From NCBI GenBank assembly GCA_004524535.1, contig SDNY01000096.1, positions 1 through 14,239 of the forward strand: a DNA stretch of 14,239 bases, read 5' to 3'. The position numbers were made by a program, and so were the translations under genes. The stretch is from Promethearchaeota archaeon (lineage in GTDB: Archaea > Asgardarchaeota > Lokiarchaeia > Sigyniarchaeales > SOKP01). Shown in pieces: positions 1-6,755 of the stretch; position 1 is the stretch's first letter, and every line of letters begins with the position of its first letter. The notes under the pieces are model-generated. The model worked only from the letters and a program-made list of their open reading frames with translations. It searched no databases and was not told the DNA's origin.

Positions 1-33
1 AATTTTAATTTATTGTTTTTAAAAAATTAGATC

Positions 34-582
34 CTATTCTATTCTTCCGCATGCTTTTAAAATCGCTATTACTGTGTCTCTAAAAACATCATTTATATTA
101 GTACCTTCTTTTGCACTAGTTTCGTAATAGGTCAAGGCATTTAACTCATTTTTTAAGGATTCTCCATCATGTAATGCTATTTCTCTATTTCCTTGGTTTG
201 CTAAATCTAATTTATTACCAACTAAAATGCTTGTTTTTTCACCAACTACTTTTTTTACTTCTTCTTCCCAGTTGGGCAAATTAGCAAAAGAACTTCTTCT
301 TGTTAAATCAAATACATAAATAATACCCGCCGCACCTCGATAAAAAGGTGGACGAACAAATGAGAAATGTTTCTGCCCAGCAAGATCCCAAATCTGAAGT
401 TTAATGTTTAAATGTGGATATTCTGGAAAATTCTCAGATTTCGCTGAGAAATTAGAACCGATTGTCATAAGATAATTCTCTTTAAAAGTATCCTCGGTGT
501 AGCGAAGAACCATAGAAGTTTTTCCTACTCCACCATCCCCAACCACACATATTTTAAAAATATAAGATTGTTTTGAACTAAT
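34..582 (-). CDS. Rab/Ras-like small GTPase (Asgard type)
   Basis: G1 GDGGVGKTS, switch I TIG, G3 WDLAGQ, Rab-like FYRGA, G4 GNKLD, G5 ETSAK. The ORF-track start at 546 cuts off the beta1 strand. The frame stays open upstream as ISSKQSYIFKIC to an ATT at 582-580, which follows an in-frame TAA and lies 8 nt after GGTGA (595-591). The start is uncertain. Confidence 0.93.
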   Translation of the reverse strand: MSSKQSYIFKICVVGDGGVGKTSMVLRYTEDTFKENYLMTIGSNFSAKSENFPEYPHLNIKLQIWDLAGQKHFSFVRPPFYRGAAGIIYVFDLTRRSSFANLPNWEEEVKKVVGEKTSILVGNKLDLANQGNREIALHDGESLKNELNALTYYETSAKEGTNINDVFRDTVIAILKACGRIE

Positions 583-807
583 TTACTGATTCACCAATTA
601 AGAGTTTTTTTATAATGTTCAATATAGCTGTATAAGATATTATTATCTAAAGCACCTATCTAAACTTCTCTTATAATTTAAATTTTTATAATATTATAAT
701 TATATTCAATAAATAAAAGTTTCATTATATCAATAGATACATAGCAATAAATAAATATATAGTAATTAATTTTTTTGGGTTAATTCATAAGATAAGTGTT
801 ATATTGT

Positions 808-1575
808 ATGGAAACACATGAAAAAAAAATTTCCGATTTTGCTAACCTCATAATCAAATCTAAAAATATTGTGGCTTTAACTGGAGCAGGAATGAGCACC
901 GAATCGGGCATTCCAGATTTCAGAAGCCCGGATACAGGCTTATGGGAAAAAGTAGATCCAAATGAGTTTGCTTCAGTACATTCCTATGTCTCAAATACAG
1001 GAAAAAATCTTGAATTTATGCTGGAACTTGGAATAACAATATTTAGAGCGAAACCGAACAAAGGACATAAAGCTTTAACTAGATTGCAAAGGCTTGGAAA
1101 GCTAAAGGGTGTTCTAACTCAAAATATAGATGGTCTCCATCAAAAAGCCCATATAAAAAATGTGGTGGAATTGCATGGAACAGTCAACGAGGCCATTTGT
1201 ATGAATTGCAGAAAAATTTATCCAATAACGACTATGATAAATCAATTTATAAAAGAAAGAACAACACCATACTGTTTAGATTGTAATGGTATATTAAAAC
1301 CGAATGCAATATTCTTTGGAGAGCCATTAGAATCGAAAGTTTTGGACGCCGCCAATAAAATGCTTGCTAATTGTGATTTATTAATTATACTTGGAAGTAG
1401 CTTGCTTGTCTATCCAGTTGCCTTTTATCCACACAAGGTTCTTGAAGAAGGAGCAAAAATATGCATTATCAATATTCAAGAAACTGACATTGATCCTTAT
1501 TCAGAAGTTGTTTTTCACGAAAAAATCGGTACCATTCTGCCACAAATCGTTGAAATAGTCGAAAAAGAAATATAA
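808..1575 (+). CDS. cobB: NAD-dependent protein deacylase, Sir2/sirtuin family
   Basis: Motifs GAGMSTESGIPDFRS, TQNIDGLH, ELHG, Zn ribbon CxxC...CxxC, KPNAIFFGE and GSSLLVYP. ATG at 808 preferred to GTG at 796. Confidence 0.95.
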   Translation: METHEKKISDFANLIIKSKNIVALTGAGMSTESGIPDFRSPDTGLWEKVDPNEFASVHSYVSNTGKNLEFMLELGITIFRAKPNKGHKALTRLQRLGKLKGVLTQNIDGLHQKAHIKNVVELHGTVNEAICMNCRKIYPITTMINQFIKERTTPYCLDCNGILKPNAIFFGEPLESKVLDAANKMLANCDLLIILGSSLLVYPVAFYPHKVLEEGAKICIINIQETDIDPYSEVVFHEKIGTILPQIVEIVEKEI

Positions 1576-1588
1576 TCAATATTAAAAG

Positions 1589-2182
1589 TTGATAAGCTGC
1601 GTGAATAGAGAAAAATTAAAGGCAATTACGACGTATCTTAAATGCATGAAACCAATCCTTCTGAGTCATCACCCTGAGTGTGAAAAATTTGAAAAAAACC
1701 ACACAATCAATATAGGAAAATATCGATTTTGTATAGGGTGTTATGTAGGTTATCCTTCTGCTTTAATTGGAATTTTTGTTATTCTTTTTTTAAATCTAGT
1801 AGAAATATTTAATTCATTCTGTTTTTTAATTACCTCATTGGTCTTAATATCAACCTTTGTTCTTAGTCCATTAAACTTAACTAGAATAAAAGCTATTAAG
1901 ATAATTCAAAAATTTTTAATTGGTCTAGGGGCGGCATTTCTTTTTTGGTATATATTTACTTTGCAAAATCCATTTTTTCTTAATTTTTTTTATTTTATTT
2001 TGGTCTTTGGATTCTTAATAATATTGTTAAATGTTTACCATGGTTATAGTTTTCATAAAATTTGTAAAAAGTGTGAATATTCAATGGATTGGAATAACTG
2101 TCCTGGTTTTAAGAAGATTAATGAATGCTTAGAAAAACATAACTTAAACTTTACGTTTAGTACTCCGGAAAAAATAGAATAA
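1589..2182 (+). CDS. Membrane protein with Cys/His clusters (DUF2085-like, putative metal binding)
   Basis: SHHP...HT...FCIGCYVGY, about 4 hydrophobic helices, C-terminal CKKC...CPGF. Lies 13 nt after the sirtuin stop. The family call is tentative and the start is uncertain. Confidence 0.6.
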   Translation: MISCVNREKLKAITTYLKCMKPILLSHHPECEKFEKNHTINIGKYRFCIGCYVGYPSALIGIFVILFLNLVEIFNSFCFLITSLVLISTFVLSPLNLTRIKAIKIIQKFLIGLGAAFLFWYIFTLQNPFFLNFFYFILVFGFLIILLNVYHGYSFHKICKKCEYSMDWNNCPGFKKINECLEKHNLNFTFSTPEKIE

Positions 2183-2295
2183 TTTTATGAAAAAAAAATT
2201 CAATCTTAAGATTTTAAATAAAATCGAGGATGAGTTTAACCTTTTAATTTAAAGTCAATAACTTTTAATAATTTTATAGTCTAATTTGATTTATT

Positions 2296-2769
2296 ATGAA
2301 TAGTTTAGTAGTATATTATTCGAGAACAGGAAAAACCAAGGAAGTTGGCAACTTAATTTCAGAAAAATTATCTTGTGATGTGGAAGAAATATTTGACACA
2401 AAAAAAAGATCTGGAATATTAGGATTTATTAAATCAGGTAAAGATGCTATAAAGAAAAAGTTAACAACACTTGAAGAGATAAATAAAAATCCGGATTTAT
2501 ACGATTTAATTATAATTGGAACCCCTATTTGGGCCAGTAATATGTCAACTCCAATAAGAACATACATTTCTGAACACAAAGATAAGTTTAAAAACATAGC
2601 ATTCTTTTGCACTGAAGGTAGTAAGGGAGGTGTGAAATGCTTTGAAAATATGGAGAATTTATGCGATAAAAAACCTATGGCAACTCTTGAAATTAATAAA
2701 AAAATGATTAAGAAGGACATTTATATCGATAAAATCAAAGATTTTGTTGAAGAAATCAAAAAAAGTTAA
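2296..2769 (+). CDS. Flavodoxin family protein
   Basis: FMN phosphate loop YYSRTGKT, IIGTPIWAS, AFFCTEG. Confidence 0.9.
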   Translation: MNSLVVYYSRTGKTKEVGNLISEKLSCDVEEIFDTKKRSGILGFIKSGKDAIKKKLTTLEEINKNPDLYDLIIIGTPIWASNMSTPIRTYISEHKDKFKNIAFFCTEGSKGGVKCFENMENLCDKKPMATLEINKKMIKKDIYIDKIKDFVEEIKKS

Positions 2770-2830
2770 TTGCTAAGTCATTTCAGATTCTTTTTCTAAA
2801 AGAAATAAGAAAAAAAAAGAAAAATTAGGT

Positions 2831-3214
2831 TTAAAATACCCATAGTACTACGCCAATGAGAGCTGAAATTACAAGTATTAAGATAATTATTATTATTACT
2901 GCTGCAATAACCGCTATAATAGTGACGAGAATAGCAGAACCGAAACCAATGTTATGCCGAGCGGCAATAATTGCCCAACAGATGAGTAATCCGATTAGGA
3001 CAGCTACAACAAGCCATAAAAATGTGTTTGGTAAGAAAAATATTAGTAACCACATAATTACAGTACAAACTAAAGCCGTTGCAAACACTTGACCGAATTC
3101 CCTGTTATCCGAATCTACAAAACCTAAACCGATTTTAAGAAATATCGTTATAAAGATCAGAAAGAAGATAAATATTAGAACCCACAATAATACAAGAGCC
3201 AATAGAGATGCCAT
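2831..3214 (-). CDS. Small integral membrane protein (about 4 TM), unknown function
   Basis: 127 aa, almost entirely hydrophobic with short polar loops, ATG start. Confidence 0.8.
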   Translation of the reverse strand: MASLLALVLLWVLIFIFFLIFITIFLKIGLGFVDSDNREFGQVFATALVCTVIMWLLIFFLPNTFLWLVVAVLIGLLICWAIIAARHNIGFGSAILVTIIAVIAAVIIIIILILVISALIGVVLWVF

Positions 3215-3419
3215 TTCTTACAACTCTTCTTAAAATTTATTCATTCTATTGTTTTATTAAAATTAGAATTAAAATTATAATTCACTTAAAATTTATAAAT
3301 TTGATCTTTTTTAATTAGAAGTTCTATTTTCATTAATGTCGGAACATACAAGTAATAAAATTACACTATTGGATTTACTTTTACTTTTACTCTCCTCACT
3401 CTATCCCTATGAAAATAAA

Positions 3420-3454
3420 TTTCTTTTAAGAGAAAAACCTTTTCTCATAAAGAA
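3420..3454. other. Imperfect inverted repeat in the divergent intergenic region upstream of iRadA
   Basis: tttcttttaagagaaaa-acc-ttttctcataaagaa. Could be a hairpin or an operator. Confidence 0.35.
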
Positions 3455-3492
3455 AACAATTCCCATGTACATATTTTAAAAAGGCAGAATTT

Positions 3493-3530
3493 AGAAAATT
3501 GTCGGTGGCTTCTTTTTTTTTTTAAAAGTC
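3493..3530 (+). promoter_or_regulatory. Putative iRadA promoter (AGAAAATTnTCG, T-run, TTTAAA box)
   Basis: TTTAAA at 3521-3526, 25 nt before the ATG at 3546. Similar layout to 8011-8045 upstream of the PolB2 operon. Confidence 0.45.
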
Positions 3531-3545
3531 ACATTATTTCATGTA

Positions 3546-4298
3546 ATGCCGTTTGATTCAGGATTCAGGGTATACAAAAAAAATAACAGAATTCCCGTCG
3601 TTTCAAGTGGAGATTCCACGCTAGATGAGTTGTTGTCTGGTGGTTTTCAAAAAGATTTAGTCTATTTGCTCTACGGTGACAAAAAAAAGACGACAGATAT
3701 TTTGTTGACAACCGCAGTTATCACGCAAAAGGCTTTTGCCAATGGAGGACTTGGAGAGGGGATTAAAATTGCTTTCATTGATGGAAATAATCGCTTCAAT
3801 CCATATAATGTGAGTAAATTTGCAGTTTCTCAACATTTATCGCCTCGAAAAGTCCTAGAAAACATCGTTATTGCCCGAGCATTTACTTGGGATCAGATGA
3901 TCGAACTTCTGGAAAATAGACTTTCTACGCTTGAACATGTCAAGGTTGTGTTAGTTTCAGGAATCACGACCTTGTTTCAAAGCTATGAAAAACAAACTTT
4001 CGAAGACTTGTTAAAAGCAATAGGGGGAATCAAAGACATTCTTTCAAAGACCAAGCCTTTAATTGTTTTAACTGCCCCTTTGAACGAATTTTCTCTCTTT
4101 AGGCCTAAAGGTGGAAATATTATTTCTCATTTCGGGAGCGTGCTAATATTGATAAACGACAACGAGCGTTATGTAGAATACAAGCTCGTTCAACATCCAT
4201 TTAAACAGGAAAAGCAGCTTTTAAAGTGGAAACCCCGAACCCCTAAAAAGAAATTGTCAAATCCCCTTAAAAATACGACATTAGATTGCTGGTTTTAA
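3546..4298 (+). CDS. Inactivated RadA/RecA-fold paralog (iRadA, the type associated with PolB2)
   Basis: SSGDSTLDELLSGG (RadA TGxxxLDxLLGGG), IAFIDGNNRFNPY, IARAFTWDQM. Walker A is degraded (YGDKKKTT) and Walker B lacks Asp (VVLVSG). C-terminus NTTLDCWF is PIP-like. Confidence 0.88.
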   Translation: MPFDSGFRVYKKNNRIPVVSSGDSTLDELLSGGFQKDLVYLLYGDKKKTTDILLTTAVITQKAFANGGLGEGIKIAFIDGNNRFNPYNVSKFAVSQHLSPRKVLENIVIARAFTWDQMIELLENRLSTLEHVKVVLVSGITTLFQSYEKQTFEDLLKAIGGIKDILSKTKPLIVLTAPLNEFSLFRPKGGNIISHFGSVLILINDNERYVEYKLVQHPFKQEKQLLKWKPRTPKKKLSNPLKNTTLDCWF

Positions 4299-4321
4299 GG
4301 TGTGTCTACATTTCTATTTCC

Positions 4322-4605
4322 TTAAATTTTTAGTAAACGGCTACCATGAATTATAGTTAGAATTTCAACAAATTGAATCTTATTTCTATAAATAATTCGA
4401 TAATTATGAAAAATAATTTCTCTTATGTTTGGATTATCAAGTTCTGGTACTATTCGCCCTATCTTTGGGAAGTCTTTTAGTTTTTGGGCGCTTTCATAAA
4501 GTTTTTTCATAAAAAGATTTGCGTAATTTTTAGAATCACGTGCAATATAATTATAAATTTCGTGTAGTCTTCTAATGCACGTTCATTCCATTCTATTCTA
4601 ACCAT
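4322..4605 (-). pseudogene. RelE/ParE-family toxin, frameshifted
   Basis: ATG 4605-4603 reads MVRIEWNERALED. One base is missing at ~4566/4567, and the other frame continues LHEIYNYIARDSKNYANLFMKKLYES...FPKIGRIVPE...YRIIY...ILTIIHGSRLL. The span is 284 nt (95 codons minus 1) and overlaps the antitoxin stop. Confidence 0.85.
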
Positions 4606-4784
4606 TTTTCGATGATTTCTTTAGCTTTTTCATTTGATACTTTTTTACTATCATCAGCATCCTTAATCCCCCGAAATATTTTTTCTCTTACATATAAGTG
4701 ATACATTATATCTTCTACAGTTACATCATTTGGAAGCGATTTAATAAATGAAATAATTTGGTCTTTTAAATTTTCAGAACTCAT
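4593..4784 (-). CDS. Antitoxin of the RelE/ParE-type pair
   Basis: 63 aa with LPNDVTVEDIMYHLYVREKIFRGIKD...EKW, typical of small antitoxins that precede ParE toxins. Overlaps the toxin start by 13 nt. TTTAAATA box at 4818-4811. Confidence 0.85.
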   Translation of the reverse strand: MSSENLKDQIISFIKSLPNDVTVEDIMYHLYVREKIFRGIKDADDSKKVSNEKAKEIIEKWLE

Positions 4785-4826
4785 GATTATTTTTATAATG
4801 GAAAATGAAGTATTTAAAGATAGTTG

Positions 4827-4870
4827 TTATTTCTTCTTTTTATACATGTTTGGATCTTTTTTTTTTAAGT
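4827..4870 (-). repeat. Short orphan copy of the DUF3795-like gene 3' end
   Basis: Minus strand encodes KKDPNMYKKKK-TAA versus KKDPRMYKKKTE-TAA in the intact gene. + strand ttctttttatacatgtttggatctttttttt matches ttctttttatacatgcgtggatctttttttt at ~6766-6796. Confidence 0.85.
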
Positions 4871-5024
4871 ATTATTGATAATCGACAACGAGCGATATGT
4901 AGAATATACACTCGTTCAAAATCCATTTAAACAGGAAAAGCAGCTTTTAAAGTGGAAACCTCGAGATCCAAAGAGAAAAACATCGAATCCTACCACTAAT
5001 AATACAATTGATTGTTGGTTTTGA
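4870..5024 (+). repeat. Long orphan copy of the iRadA 3' end
   Basis: Ungapped match to 4144-4298 (offset 726). Hand count: 120/150 nt and 39/49 aa identical over 4875-5024. Perfect 40-bp block 4921-4960 = 4195-4234. Ends NNTIDCWF-TGA, has no in-frame ATG, and is preceded by an in-frame TAA at 4866. Confidence 0.95.
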
Positions 5025-5167
5025 CTGGAAATCTTTGATTAAACTAATATCGTTATAGAGCTTATGTTGGTAATTTATTTTAGGAATATTTAAATACAAA
5101 TTGTGGGTTTAAAAAATTAAGATTATTTTTATTTAAAAATCAAAAATAGTTGAGGTGTAAAATAAAA

Positions 5168-5266
5168 ATGGCAAAAAAGAAAGCTCCCGCAAAGAAAAAA
5201 CCAGCAAAAAAAGCTCCCGCAAAGAAAAAACCAGCAAAAAAAGCTCCCGCTAAAAAGAAAAAATAA
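5168..5266 (+). CDS. 32-aa Lys/Ala/Pro-only microprotein resembling the histone H1 C-terminal tail
   Basis: MAKKKAPAKKKPAKKAPAKKKPAKKAPAKKKK (17 K, 9 A, 5 P). SD GAGGTG at 5152-5157, 10 nt before the ATG. TTTAAA boxes upstream and a T-rich tract downstream. Absent from the ORF track. Confidence 0.8.
   Translation: MAKKKAPAKKKPAKKAPAKKKPAKKAPAKKKK
5181..5250 (+). repeat. 30-bp perfect tandem repeat (2.3 copies) inside the microprotein
   Basis: aagctcccgcaaagaaaaaaccagcaaaaa at 5181-5210 and 5211-5240, with a partial copy at 5241-5250. Confidence 0.95.
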
Positions 5267-5308
5267 CGAAAACAAAATATTTCCTTTTAGCTATTAGAAA
5301 TTTATCTT

Positions 5309-5476
5309 TTAAAGATTTATTCCTTTTTTTTTATATTGATTTGGATTCTTTTTCTCAAGAGTGAGAGGATCTCCACCATATTGGATTTTTTTACCTTGAT
5401 AATAAAGAGTAGAATTTTCCTCACAGATTTTATTCCATTCTTCCACCCCCAGCTTTTGTATCATAATCGAATTGTA
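5309..5476 (-). repeat. Long orphan copy of the DUF3795-like gene 3' end
   Basis: YNSIMIQKLGVEEWNKICEENSTLYYQGKKIQYGGDPLTLEKKNPNQYKKK versus intact YNLIMIQKHGLEKWNEICEEKSKLYYEGKKIKYGGDPLTLEKKDPRMYKKK (6917-6765). 39/51 aa identical by hand, no gaps. Confidence 0.95.
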
Positions 5477-5499
5477 CGACCTTGGATTGTTGGTTCTAG
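5475..5499 (+). repeat. Short orphan copy of the iRadA 3' end
   Basis: t acg acc ttg gat tgt tgg ttc tag = TTLDCWF*, versus t acg aca tta gat tgc tgg ttt taa at 4274-4298. 20/25 nt identical; all 5 differences are synonymous third positions. Confidence 0.85.
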
Positions 5500-5621
5500 A
5501 TTAAACAATCTTAATGTATTAAGTCAATTATCCAATTATCCAGTTTTGAAGATGATCTATTAAATTTTTATATTTCTTTTTTGTCATAATAATCTTATAA
5601 CTTAAAGTTTAATTTTTAATG

Positions 5622-6734
5622 TTAATCATTCCTATTTTTTTTTCTTTTTTTCTTTCCTGCTAAATAAAGGATGCAACATCCAGGGCAAATAGACATTAAT
5701 TTATTTTTTCGCATATATGTCCGGAATTTTTGATAATTTTCGCCATTCCATATCTCTTCAATAGTATTCTCGTAAAGGTTTCCTAATATAAGGTCGTAAA
5801 ATGCATGGCAAGGAGCTATATCTCCAGCGGCGGTAATATCGACACTAACCCAAGGCACTAAACATCCACCATAAGTGTCTGACATATCATTCCATCTTGC
5901 TTCGATATAGGCTTTAAGATTTTCTGGAGAGAACGTAGGAGGTTCGAGTATAACAATTTTTCCGATATTTTTTAAGTGTGTGACTACTTTATTAACTTGC
6001 TGGGCCAACTTATTGGTATCCACATCATTAAAATCTCGAGGGGATCTAATAAATCCCTTCCAATAACTATCACTTGTGATCCCAAAGTTAGATCTAATCA
6101 TTTCTGCGTATTTACTACCCATCTCTTCTGTTAGGAAGTTTTGCATCTGGATTGTTATATTGTTAATGGCTGATAGGTTGAGATCTTCAAGAAAAAATTG
6201 CTCAATAGAATGATAATTTTTAGGAGTTACTGTATAAAGGATACCGATATATGGTTTTTTCTTCTTAGCTATTAATTTTTCTTCATGAAGGGTTTCGATA
6301 CCATTAAAAGCTTTATCATGGCTTCCTTTACCACGCATTTCATCTGTTATTTCACGAGGCCCATCAATTGATACCCTCACAGAATCGAAATCCGTTCGAA
6401 CCAGCATTTTAGCGTGTTCTGCTAATAATGTACCGTTAGTAGGAGTGTCTATAATGGATCCTGCTTCTTTAATTGTACAAATAACTTCTTCTATGAAGGG
6501 GTACATGAGAGGTTCTCCTCCAAAAAGACTGTAAAATGGCTTAGATGGAGTCAAATCGTGAATAATCTGCTTCACTAACTCAAGTTCTAATGATATTGGT
6601 TTTCTTCCAAGTTTAGAGCTAGAATAAGCCCCAGTTTCTCCCCAAAAATAACACATTTTACATCTGAGATTGCAATTCTCCGTTAAATGGAGTATAACAC
6701 TTCTAGGTAAGCCACGCTTTCCGCTAATTGACAC
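5622..6734 (-). CDS. Radical SAM protein with C-terminal SPASM/Twitch domain
   Basis: CNLRCKMC, GGEPL, TNGTLL, VSIDG; C-terminal CLVPW...GDIAPC...LGNL...IWNG...CPGCC. GTG start 21 nt after the DUF3795-like stop. Confidence 0.93.
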   Translation of the reverse strand: MSISGKRGLPRSVILHLTENCNLRCKMCYFWGETGAYSSSKLGRKPISLELELVKQIIHDLTPSKPFYSLFGGEPLMYPFIEEVICTIKEAGSIIDTPTNGTLLAEHAKMLVRTDFDSVRVSIDGPREITDEMRGKGSHDKAFNGIETLHEEKLIAKKKKPYIGILYTVTPKNYHSIEQFFLEDLNLSAINNITIQMQNFLTEEMGSKYAEMIRSNFGITSDSYWKGFIRSPRDFNDVDTNKLAQQVNKVVTHLKNIGKIVILEPPTFSPENLKAYIEARWNDMSDTYGGCLVPWVSVDITAAGDIAPCHAFYDLILGNLYENTIEEIWNGENYQKFRTYMRKNKLMSICPGCCILYLAGKKKRKKNRND

Positions 6735-6755
6735 TATGCTTATCCCTTGCCGGAT

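Noticed and set aside
34-60. C-terminal Cys (KACGRIE) of GTPase 1 as a prenylation site
   Set aside because: The Cys is fifth from the end and followed by G-R-I-E, which does not fit CaaX, CC or CxC.
2316-3092. ORFs 2316-2720 (-) and 2856-3092 (+)
   Set aside because: Antisense shadows of the flavodoxin and the membrane protein, with no recognisable motifs.
4144-5024. Diversity-generating retroelement TR/VR pair
   Set aside because: Mismatches are not adenine-specific (several C/T synonymous changes) and no reverse transcriptase is present.
5181-5250. 30-bp repeats as a mini-CRISPR
   Set aside because: The copies are directly adjacent with no spacers and sit in frame in a coding microprotein. 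No cas genes are present.
808-5266. Sirtuin as a dedicated deacetylase of the Lys-rich peptide
   Set aside because: They are ~3.6 kb apart in separate units and the peptide looks like variable cargo. Proximity alone is not evidence.
5336-5563. 75-aa + strand ORF from the track
   Set aside because: It is the antisense shadow of the orphan DUF3795 tail and crosses the 5475 junction out of frame with the iRadA tail.
4299-6755. Classical integron, IS or tRNA-integrated island
   Set aside because: No integrase, transposase, attC-like palindromes, terminal inverted repeats or tRNA seen, and the breakpoints vary. An enzyme acting in trans cannot be excluded.
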